Source of the DNA: an uncultured Clostridium sp. | Lineage (GTDB): Bacteria; Bacillota; Clostridia; TANB77; CAG-508 | Assembly: GCA_948438085.1 (NCBI GenBank) | Contig: CAOJKP010000006.1 | Span: 3,284-67,283 of the forward strand | DNA length: 64,000 nt | Direction: 5' to 3' | Part shown: positions 18,488-26,613 of the stretch, one piece after another | How the letters are laid out: each line of letters begins with the position of its first letter | Numbering within the stretch: position 1 is the stretch's first letter | Program-made: the position numbers and the translations under genes | The notes under the pieces: generated by a model | What the model was told of the DNA's origin: nothing | The model's database searches: none | Seen by the model: the letters and a program-made list of their open reading frames with translations, nothing else

Positions 18488-19807
18488 TTAATCTTCTTCA
18501 TGTTCTATTGTTTCTATGTTATTTCTACATGCTTTTATTTTTAATATTCTTTTATCTTCATATTCTTCTATTTTAAATGTTACTTCTTTTGTTTCTATTA
18601 TTGGATTTTCGTCTTCTTTTGGTATCCTTCCTAACTCTTTTTGTAAAAATCCTGATATTGTATCATAATCTCCTTCTGGTATATTTGCGTTTAATATTTT
18701 ATTTACATCATATATTGGCATGTTTCCAGCTAGTATATATGTGTTTTCATCTAGTTTTTCATACTCTTCTTCTACTTTATCGTACTCGTCATAAATATCT
18801 CCTACTAATTCTTCTACTATATCTTCCATTGTTAAAAGTCCTGCTGTTCCTCCATATTCGTCTACTACAATTGCCATCTGCAATTTATTTTTTTGTAATT
18901 CTTTAAATACTTCGTTTATAAGTCTATTTTGTGATACAAAGTATCCTTCTTTTACAATATTTTTTATTTTGAATTCTTTTTTGTTTATATTTTTTAGTAA
19001 ATCTTTCATGTATAAAATACCTTTTATTTCATCTATTGTTTCATCATATACTGGTACTCTACTGTATCTATATTCTTCTTTTGATAATTCTTTTATTAGT
19101 TCTTCTTTTGTAATATTTATATCTACTGCAAATATATCTTTTCTATGTTTCATTATTTCTGATACTGTTATATCATTAAATTCGAATACATTATTTATTA
19201 GTTCTTTTTCTTCTTCTTGTATAGTTCCTTTTTCTTCTCCTTGATCTACCATCATTTTTATTTCTTCTTCTGTTACTACTTCTTCGTCATTTTCATTTAC
19301 TCCAAATATCTTTGATATTGCATTTGTAACTACTGTTAAAAATTTTACAAATGGTGCTGTTATTATTGATAATACTCTTATTATTCTAATTGTTCCAAAT
19401 GCAATTTTTTCATAGTTTTTCATTGCTAATCTTTTTGGTACCAATTCTCCAAATACAAGAGTAAAAAATGATAATATTATTGTTACTATTACTATTGCTA
19501 TTGCTTCCCATATTTCCACATTTATTGCTGGAAATATTTCGTTCATTATTGGTGCTAACATTTCTGCAAATGTATCTGATGCAAATGCACTTGATAGAAA
19601 ACCTGCAAGTGTTATACCTATTTGTATTGTTGCTAAAAATTTACTTGGTGTTTGTAACATTTTTTCTATTATTTTTGCTTTTTTATTTCCTTCTTTTGCC
19701 TGTTTTTCTATTTTTGCGTCATTTAGTGATATAAAGGCAATTTCACTTGCTGCAAAAAATGCATTTATCATAATTAATGTGATTAAAATTATTATTTGTG
19801 TAAACAT
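18488..19807 (-). CDS. CNNM/HlyC/CorC-family transporter (DUF21, CBS pair, CorC_HlyC)
   Basis: DUF21 N-terminus 'INAFFAASEIAFISLN', 'GELVPKRLA', a CBS region, and C-terminal 'GGTAGLLTMEDIVEELVGDI'. Confidence 0.85.
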   Translation of the reverse strand: MFTQIIILITLIMINAFFAASEIAFISLNDAKIEKQAKEGNKKAKIIEKMLQTPSKFLATIQIGITLAGFLSSAFASDTFAEMLAPIMNEIFPAINVEIWEAIAIVIVTIILSFFTLVFGELVPKRLAMKNYEKIAFGTIRIIRVLSIITAPFVKFLTVVTNAISKIFGVNENDEEVVTEEEIKMMVDQGEEKGTIQEEEKELINNVFEFNDITVSEIMKHRKDIFAVDINITKEELIKELSKEEYRYSRVPVYDETIDEIKGILYMKDLLKNINKKEFKIKNIVKEGYFVSQNRLINEVFKELQKNKLQMAIVVDEYGGTAGLLTMEDIVEELVGDIYDEYDKVEEEYEKLDENTYILAGNMPIYDVNKILNANIPEGDYDTISGFLQKELGRIPKEDENPIIETKEVTFKIEEYEDKRILKIKACRNNIETIEHEED

Positions 19808-19817
19808 ACTTTCTCCC

Positions 19818-20363
19818 CTAAATCAATTTACTTGTATTCATCATAAATAATATACTTTCTATTATGTCTGATATTGCATAAATTAATATTGCGATTCCTA
19901 TTGTCATTAGTATTGCATTTGTTATAAATATTATATATAATCCACATACCATCATTATAATTGCTATTACTAAACTTGATATCCACGTATTTGATTCTAT
20001 TGTTTTTAATTTAAATGATAAATTTAATCTTAGTATACTACTATATATTATCCATAACCCTATTAATATTCTGATTATTGAACTTATTTCCATACAATAT
20101 ATTATTATTACTATTCCAAGAATTATTAATATAGTTCCAAACGCTATATCATAATTAAACATATCATATTTTCCTTTTGACCCAAAATAGCTTATTATTT
20201 TAAATAAGCCTGTTAAAACAAATATTCCTCCAAGTATGTATGATACAACTTTTATTGCTCCTTCTGGATTTATAATTAGTATGATTCCTAATATTGCAAA
20301 AATTATTGATGAAATTAGTGTTTCCAATCCTCTTTTTTTAATTACTTTTTCTAAGTATTCCAT
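19818..20363 (-). CDS. DUF308 / HdeD-like membrane protein
   Basis: Six hydrophobic helices with the repeated 'G...I..G...I' pattern typical of DUF308. Confidence 0.55.
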   Translation of the reverse strand: MEYLEKVIKKRGLETLISSIIFAILGIILIINPEGAIKVVSYILGGIFVLTGLFKIISYFGSKGKYDMFNYDIAFGTILIILGIVIIIYCMEISSIIRILIGLWIIYSSILRLNLSFKLKTIESNTWISSLVIAIIMMVCGLYIIFITNAILMTIGIAILIYAISDIIESILFMMNTSKLI

Positions 20364-20403
20364 ATTATACCTCTTTTCATAATATATTTTTGAACTTAAT
20401 TCT

Positions 20404-21528
20404 TTATTTTATTATTATTTTATTATTATTTTCATTTTGTATTGGTAATTTTATTATAAATGTTGTTCCTATTCCTACTGTACTTTCTATTTGTATACTT
20501 CCTTTCGACAAGTCTATAATTCTTTTAACTATTGATAATCCTAGTCCGCTCCCTTCTTGCGAATGTGATTTGTCTATTTGATAAAATCTTTTAAATATTT
20601 TTTCTTTTTCTTCTTCTTTCATTCCTATCCCATTGTCTTTTATTTTTATTTCTACTTCATTATAATTTTGTTTTACATCAATGTCAATATAACCATTTTT
20701 GTTGGTAAATTTTATTGCATTGTCTATTAAATTGGTCCATATTTGAAATGTTAATTCTTCATCTCCATAATAATAAATTTCTTGTGCACTTATATTGAAC
20801 TTTAATTCTTTTTTATTCCATTTTGTTTCTAATAAAGCTATTACTTTTCTTATTTGTTCTGTTATATTTATTTTTTCCTTCTTTATTATTTTATCCTGAT
20901 TTTGTAGTTTTGTTAGTTTTAATATATTTGTAGATATATTAAGAAGCCTATCTGATTCCTCTTCTATAATTTCTATGTATTCTATTTTTTCTTTTTTTGA
21001 TAAATTGTCTTCTTCTAATAATTTCGCAAATCCTTTTATAGAACTTATTGGTGTTTTTATTTCATGTGATACGTTATTTATAAAGTCTTTTTGTATTAAT
21101 TCTACTTTGCTTAATTCTTCTACCATTTTATTAAAGGATTTTGTTAAATCTCCAATTTCATCTTCTCTTTTTGTTTCTAGTCTTACACAAAAATCTCCTT
21201 TAGATACTTTATCGGTTGCTTCTACCATTTTTAATATGGGTTGTAGCATTTTCTTACTTATTATTTGCATTAATACTGCACATATTAGTATTGTATTCAT
21301 TATTAGTATAAATAAACTTCTTCTTGTGATATCTAATAAGCCTTGTATTTGCTCTTTACTTTCTAATTTTATTTCTATTAGCGTTTCTAGTGTTTCTTTA
21401 TTTACAAATATATAAAATCCTATTATTGATATTAATAGAATTATTATTATTGCTAGTATAAAATTTATTATTAAGCTTCTTTTTATGGATTTCTTTTTTC
21501 CAAATATTTTTTCATACATTGTTATCAT
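20404..21528 (-). CDS. Sensor histidine kinase (HAMP, HisKA, HATPase_c)
   Basis: H-box 'FINNVSHEIKTPISSIKGF', N-box 'NLIDNAIKFT', and G-boxes 'DNGIGM' and 'GSGLGLSIVK'. Confidence 0.9.
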   Translation of the reverse strand: MITMYEKIFGKKKSIKRSLIINFILAIIIILLISIIGFYIFVNKETLETLIEIKLESKEQIQGLLDITRRSLFILIMNTILICAVLMQIISKKMLQPILKMVEATDKVSKGDFCVRLETKREDEIGDLTKSFNKMVEELSKVELIQKDFINNVSHEIKTPISSIKGFAKLLEEDNLSKKEKIEYIEIIEEESDRLLNISTNILKLTKLQNQDKIIKKEKINITEQIRKVIALLETKWNKKELKFNISAQEIYYYGDEELTFQIWTNLIDNAIKFTNKNGYIDIDVKQNYNEVEIKIKDNGIGMKEEEKEKIFKRFYQIDKSHSQEGSGLGLSIVKRIIDLSKGSIQIESTVGIGTTFIIKLPIQNENNNKIIIK

Positions 21529-22204
21529 TCCTTACATTTATTATTGCTTTATACCCTATTCCTCTAATTGAAATAATTTCGAATTCATCTAAATCTACTA
21601 ATTTCTCTCTTATTCTTTTTATGTGTACATCTACTGTTCTATAGTCTGATTCGCTTTCTAGCCCCCAAACTTCTTCTATTAATTCTTGTCTTGTAAAAAT
21701 AGTATTTGGTGTGCTTAAAAGTTTATATAATAAATAAAACTCTTTTTGTGCCAAAATATATTCCTTTTTGTTTTTAGTTACACTTAACTGATTATAGTTT
21801 AGAATTAATTCTCCTATTTTTATTTTTTTATCACTTGCTTTTTTACTTCTTCTTAGTAATACTTGTATTCTTAATAGCATTTCTTCTATATCCACTGGTT
21901 TTACCATATAGTCATCTGCTCCAAGCAAAAAGCCTTCTTTTTTATCGTCTATATCACTTTTAGCTGTTAATATTAAAATTGGAATTTCATAACTTGCTTG
22001 TCTTAATTCTTTTATTAATTCAAATCCATCTATTTTAGGCATCATAATATCACTTATTATTAAATCTACATATTCTTTATCTAATATATCTAATGCTTGT
22101 TGTCCATCCACTGCTTCAAATATATTATATCCATTTTTATTTAAATAAGTTACTACTAGTTTTCTTAAATTTTTATCATCTTCTACTATTAATATATTAA
22201 ACAT
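21512..22204 (-). CDS. OmpR/PhoB-family response regulator
   Basis: Receiver 'ILIVEDD...DLIISDIMMPKIDG...LTAK' and winged-helix 'VDVHIKRIREKL...IRGIGYK'. It overlaps the kinase gene by 17 nt. Confidence 0.9.
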   Translation of the reverse strand: MFNILIVEDDKNLRKLVVTYLNKNGYNIFEAVDGQQALDILDKEYVDLIISDIMMPKIDGFELIKELRQASYEIPILILTAKSDIDDKKEGFLLGADDYMVKPVDIEEMLLRIQVLLRRSKKASDKKIKIGELILNYNQLSVTKNKKEYILAQKEFYLLYKLLSTPNTIFTRQELIEEVWGLESESDYRTVDVHIKRIREKLVDLDEFEIISIRGIGYKAIINVRNDNNV

Positions 22205-22230
22205 TTATTCACCTCTTTTATTTGTTATTT

Positions 22231-22262
22231 ATTATATACATTTTTTATGAACTATTTATGAA
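22231..22262 (-). promoter_or_regulatory. Promoter of the RR-HK operon: direct-repeat box TTCATAAATAGTTCAT, N10, then TATAAT
   Basis: Minus strand reads GAAAATTCATAAATAGTTCATAAAAAATGTATATAAT, followed by RBS AAGAGGTG and the ATG. The box and its spacing match 26432-26463. Confidence 0.6.
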
Positions 22263-22334
22263 TTTTCTTTATTATAGCATATTTTTATAATAATAAATTA
22301 GAATTTTTTCTTGAAAACGAATATGTATAAATTT

Positions 22335-22371
22335 TTAAAAATGCATGGAAAGTTTTAAACTCTCCATGCAT
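22335..22371 (-). terminator. Intrinsic terminator after the YhgE/Pip-like gene
   Basis: 13-bp stem atgcatggagagt/actttccatgcat (one mismatch) followed by a T-run on the minus strand. Confidence 0.75.
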
Positions 22372-22380
22372 CCTGCACTT

Positions 22381-22770
22381 TTATTGTTCTTTTTCTTCAA
22401 TTATTGCTTTTTCTTTGTTTGTTTCTTGCTCTTTATGTTCTTTTATTGCATCTATTATCATAACAAATTTTGCTTCTGCTTTTGCACCATTTTCTAATTT
22501 GGTGAAATTATTATATTGTTCTGAAAGCTGTAATGTTTTATCTAATCTTTCTATAAGATTTCCATTAACATAACTGCTTATTTTCTTTATGCCTTCATTA
22601 TTAAATGTACTCATACCTGTAGATAATTTTATTGCACCTTCGTTTATTGTAATTGCACCTTGTGTTAGTTGATTGTTTGCTTTTAATAATTGGTTTCCAC
22701 TATTATCTAATACATTTAATCCAAGTTGTATTTGATTTGAACCTGATTTTAGTGTATTTGTTGCTTTTCC
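22381..22770 (-). CDS. C-terminal continuation of the YhgE/Pip-like protein, in the +1 frame. The ORF track only shows the 77-aa Met-initiated tail at 22381-22614.
   Basis: Translation from GGA at 22770 gives 'GKATNTLKSGSNQIQLGLNVLDNSGNQLLKANNQLTQGAITINEGAIKLSTGMSTFNNEGIKK...'. This carries on the same L..G..L..G repeat pattern as the upstream ORF. Confidence 0.7.
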   Translation of the reverse strand, partial: GKATNTLKSGSNQIQLGLNVLDNSGNQLLKANNQLTQGAITINEGAIKLSTGMSTFNNEGIKKISSYVNGNLIERLDKTLQLSEQYNNFTKLENGAKAEAKFVMIIDAIKEHKEQETNKEKAIIEEKEQ

Positions 22771-24322
22771 GTAATGTATTAGTGCCTTGATATAGGGTAT
22801 TTGCTCCTACTAAAAGTTCTTGTGTTTTTTGGTTTAATGTTGTTGTTCCTGTTGTTAATGATGTTAACCCTGTTTCTAATGATACTGTTCCTTCATTTAG
22901 TGATGTTAATCCTGTTTTTATTTGTTGTAGTGCTAATTTTAAAGCTTCTATTGATGATGAATCTGTTGCTATAAGCGCTTCTAATATACTATTTTGTGCC
23001 ACATTGTTTGCTTGTAATAATGATATCATTTCATTATTTGCATTTATTTGCGATTGTATTACTTCGTTTGATTCATCTTCATTTAACAATTTGTTTGTTT
23101 CTTGTAAATTGTTTATTGCTTCTTTATTTTTTTGAATTAATTGTTTTAGTTGTTCAATTTGGTTAGTATTATTTTGTCCTGTTACTAATTCTAACTGATT
23201 TAATATTTTATCAATACCATTTACAAGTTCATTTTGCCCTAATTTTATTTTTGTCGCTCCTGATTGTGCAACTTGTAGTTTTTCATTTATTAGTTTTATA
23301 TTTTGTCCAACTAAGTCGATTCCTTCTGTTATTTGTTTTGCACCTTCATTTAACTCTGTACTGCTTGCATTTAATGTTTTTATTCCTTCATTTATTTTTG
23401 AATATTGAGAAGCTGCATTATTCATTCCATTTGTTATTTGTTCCATTGCCGTTTCAAATTGATTCATTTTTTCACTATATTCATTTGTCCCTTCTTGTAG
23501 TTTGGTTGCTCCTTCTTCTAACTGATTTGCTGATGTTTCTAATATTTCAATTTTATCTGTTATTCCTTTTAATTGCTCTTTTATGTTTGTTTCGTCTGAT
23601 TGTAATAGTTTAGGTGTTACAAAATTCATTATACTACCCATTTCAAATTTCGTTGTTTCCATAGATATTTCTATAGAATTTGGTATTTCCATTTGTTTTT
23701 CAGATATTTTTAAACTTTCTTGTAATCCTGGTAGTGCAATTCCTACTAAGATTGTTTTTGTTCCATCATCAATTACTTTTCCTTTTGTTATTGTAATGTT
23801 TTTATTATTTTCATTTTCTATTATTGTTCCTGCAATAATTACAAATGGTGTATATATTTTTTCATTTTTTCCGTTAATATTTACTGTGTGCTCATCTTTG
23901 TTTTTATAATTTATTGTTATTTTTACATTTCCACTTTTTCCTGCTATTTCATCTGCTGATATTTCTTTTCCATTTAATTCATATGTTATTTCACATTCAA
24001 TTGGTAATTGTTTTTCTGATTCTCCTTGATAATATATATCATTTTTATTTGCTTTCCATATTATGTTTTCTCCTGTTTGTTCATATGTTTCTTCTCCATT
24101 AGTATTTTTTATATTTAATAGGTCCGATATATCTTTTATTACTTCTTCATTTTGTGTATTTTTTAAATGTGTACTAACTATTGTTTGATAGTTATTTCCT
24201 TCAATATCGTGTTTTGAGTATATTGTTTCATCTTTTGTATATGCCATTACTGGTATTGTATATAAAGTCATTGTACATAATAAACTTCCAGATATTATTT
24301 TTGATAAAGTTTTATAATTCAT
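22703..24322 (-). CDS. YhgE/Pip-like secreted or membrane-associated protein, N-terminal 517 residues; the reading frame is interrupted at 22771
   Basis: Signal/anchor 'ISGSLLCTMTLYTIPVMA', then long helical 'L.EG...L..G' repeats typical of YhgE/Pip N-terminal domains. The last 22 residues (RKSNKYTKIRFKSNTTWIKCIR) look out of frame. Confidence 0.7.
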   Translation of the reverse strand: MNYKTLSKIISGSLLCTMTLYTIPVMAYTKDETIYSKHDIEGNNYQTIVSTHLKNTQNEEVIKDISDLLNIKNTNGEETYEQTGENIIWKANKNDIYYQGESEKQLPIECEITYELNGKEISADEIAGKSGNVKITINYKNKDEHTVNINGKNEKIYTPFVIIAGTIIENENNKNITITKGKVIDDGTKTILVGIALPGLQESLKISEKQMEIPNSIEISMETTKFEMGSIMNFVTPKLLQSDETNIKEQLKGITDKIEILETSANQLEEGATKLQEGTNEYSEKMNQFETAMEQITNGMNNAASQYSKINEGIKTLNASSTELNEGAKQITEGIDLVGQNIKLINEKLQVAQSGATKIKLGQNELVNGIDKILNQLELVTGQNNTNQIEQLKQLIQKNKEAINNLQETNKLLNEDESNEVIQSQINANNEMISLLQANNVAQNSILEALIATDSSSIEALKLALQQIKTGLTSLNEGTVSLETGLTSLTTGTTTLNQKTQELLVGANTLYQGTNTLRKSNKYTKIRFKSNTTWIKCIR

Positions 24323-24336
24323 ATTTTCTCTCCTTA

Positions 24337-26400
24337 TTATTTATTTTTTATTCCTATAGTTGTTTTTAATATTATTTTATCAAATAATATTAAAAATGCT
24401 GGTAATGCCATAAGTACTGTTACAACACTTATTAGTGCTCCTCTTGACATTAATGTACATAAAGATCCTATCATTTCTATTTTTGAATATGCTCCTACTC
24501 CAAATGTTGCTCCAAAGAAACATAACCCACTTACTATAATCGAATTGATTGATGTTCCTAGTGCATTTTTTGCCGCTTCTTTTCTTTCCATATTTTGTTT
24601 TCTGTTTTCAATATATTTTGTTGTTATTAATATCGCATAATCTATTGTTGCACCTAATTGTATTGTACCAATTACTATTGATGCAATAAATGGTATTTCT
24701 AAATTAGTATAATATGGTATTCCCATATTTATAAATATTGCAACTTCTATTACACATATTAATATAACTGGTAGTGAAATTGATTTTAATACAATTGCCA
24801 TTATTATAAATATTATTAGTATTGAAACTGTGTTTACACTATTAAAGTCATGGTCACTTATTTGTACTAAATCTTTCATTAGTGGCCCTTCTCCTACTAC
24901 TATTGCTTCTTTATCATATCTTTTTACTATTTCATTTACTTTTTCAATTTGAGAGTTTAACTCATTTGTTGCTATTTCATATTTAGAATTTACCAATATC
25001 ATTTGATAATTATCGCTTTTAAATGTTTGCATTATTTCTTGTGGTATCATTTGTTCTGGTATTCCAAGTTGTGATAGTTTTGAATAACTTAATACAAAGT
25101 CAATTCCTTCTAATTGTTCTATTTCATTTGTCATCTTATTTATATTATCATTTGATATATCTTTGTTTATTAGTATCATTTCTTGTGATACCAAACCAAA
25201 TTTATCTTTTAAAGCATTATTGGCTGAAATACTTTCTAATGTATCTGGTAATGAGCTATCTAATTTATAATATACATTTGTATTTTTATATCCCCAAAAT
25301 GCTATTGGCAATATTATGACAAAAATAATTACTATTACTACATAATGTTTAACATTAAATTCCTTTATTTTATTGAATTTTGGTAATATTTCTTTGTGTT
25401 TAGTTTTTTGAATTAATCCATTAAATTGTAATATCATACTTGGTAATATTGTTACAACACTGATTACTCCAAATAACACTCCTTTTGCCATGACTAAACC
25501 TATATCTTTTCCAAGAGTTAAATTCATACTACATAAAGCTAAAAATCCTGCTATTGTTGTTAATGAGCTTCCAAATACTGATGAAAATGTTTTAGATATT
25601 GCTATACTCATAGCTTTATTAGCATCAGCTACATTTTCCAATTCGTGTTGATAACTATGATATAAGAATATTGCGAAATCCATTGTTACTCCTAGTTGTA
25701 AAACTGCACTTATTGCTTTTGTAATGTATGATATTTCTCCTAAAAATATATTTGTTCCCATATTGTATAAAATTGCGATACCTATATTTAATAATAGTAT
25801 TATTGGTGCTATATATGAATCTAATACAATTTCCAAAACTATTAAACAAAGTATTACTGCAATTACAACATATATTGCTATTTCTGAATTTGACAATTCT
25901 CTTGTGTCTAACAACGTTGCTGTCATTCCACTTATTTTACAGTGTTCATCTGTTATTTTTCTTAGTTGTTCTACTGTTTGCATTGTAGTATCTGATGATA
26001 TCGCTTCTTTGTATGTAACTAATATTATAGTTGTATTATCCTTATATACTTTTTGTTGTATTTCTTCTGGCAACATTTCGGTTGGAATACTTGTTCCTAA
26101 TACATCTGCCATACTTACTACTTTTTGTACATTATCTACTTTCTTTATTTTTTCTTCTAACTTAAGTATGTCTTTGGTTTGCATATCTTCTACTAATATC
26201 ATTGAAAATGCACCCATATTAAATTCTTCGGATAATATATTTTGCCCCTCTACTGTTTCTATGTCTTCTGGTAGATAGACTAAAATATCATAATTTATTC
26301 TTGTTGCTTTCATTCCTATAATTGATGGAATTAGAAGAATTAACATGATTAACAATATTTTTCTTTTGTTTTTACAAATTAGTTCTCCAAATTTTTGCAT
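24337..26400 (-). CDS. MMPL-family (RND-like) transporter
   Basis: About 12 TM segments in two 6-TM halves, each preceded by an extracytoplasmic domain. The gene pairs with YhgE/Pip. The track start at 26415 is followed by AAAGGAGAA and a second ATG at 26400, which I take as the real start. Confidence 0.75.
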   Translation of the reverse strand: MQKFGELICKNKRKILLIMLILLIPSIIGMKATRINYDILVYLPEDIETVEGQNILSEEFNMGAFSMILVEDMQTKDILKLEEKIKKVDNVQKVVSMADVLGTSIPTEMLPEEIQQKVYKDNTTIILVTYKEAISSDTTMQTVEQLRKITDEHCKISGMTATLLDTRELSNSEIAIYVVIAVILCLIVLEIVLDSYIAPIILLLNIGIAILYNMGTNIFLGEISYITKAISAVLQLGVTMDFAIFLYHSYQHELENVADANKAMSIAISKTFSSVFGSSLTTIAGFLALCSMNLTLGKDIGLVMAKGVLFGVISVVTILPSMILQFNGLIQKTKHKEILPKFNKIKEFNVKHYVVIVIIFVIILPIAFWGYKNTNVYYKLDSSLPDTLESISANNALKDKFGLVSQEMILINKDISNDNINKMTNEIEQLEGIDFVLSYSKLSQLGIPEQMIPQEIMQTFKSDNYQMILVNSKYEIATNELNSQIEKVNEIVKRYDKEAIVVGEGPLMKDLVQISDHDFNSVNTVSILIIFIIMAIVLKSISLPVILICVIEVAIFINMGIPYYTNLEIPFIASIVIGTIQLGATIDYAILITTKYIENRKQNMERKEAAKNALGTSINSIIVSGLCFFGATFGVGAYSKIEMIGSLCTLMSRGALISVVTVLMALPAFLILFDKIILKTTIGIKNK

Positions 26401-26431
26401 ATTTTCTCCTTTCATCTTTCAAACTTTTCGT

Positions 26432-26463
26432 ATTATAGCAAATAAAAATGAACTAATTATGAA
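26432..26463 (-). promoter_or_regulatory. Promoter of the MMPL-YhgE operon: direct-repeat box TTCATAATTAGTTCAT, N10, then TATAAT
   Basis: Minus strand reads TAATAGTTCATAATTAGTTCATTTTTATTTGCTATAAT. The box matches the one at 22247-22262 at 15 of 16 positions, and the 10-nt gap to the -10 is identical. Confidence 0.6.
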
Positions 26464-26613
26464 CTATTAATTTTATTTAGTTTATATTACATTTAGATTA
26501 CACTTTTTGCCAAAACATTTATTTTTTTTTTATTTCAGTATATAATTTGATTAAATTTACAAATAAAAGAATTTTTTATCAAATATTCTTTATGAAAGGA
26601 TTTACTTTTAAAT

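Noticed and set aside
20975-21415. Other long antisense ORFs inside clear genes (for example 20975-21415, 23583-23909, 25724-26278, 44932-45471, 47061-47426)
   Set aside because: They lie opposite genes with strong family motifs, are hydrophobic and low-complexity as expected for AT-rich antisense frames, and have no RBS.
26400-26415. Track start codons at 26415 (MMPL) and 45467 (Tex) giving 'MKGEN-M...' and 'MKGKY-M...'
   Set aside because: In both cases the first five codons contain the Shine-Dalgarno sequence (AAAGGAG / AAAGGAA) for the second ATG, so I take the second ATG as the likely true start.
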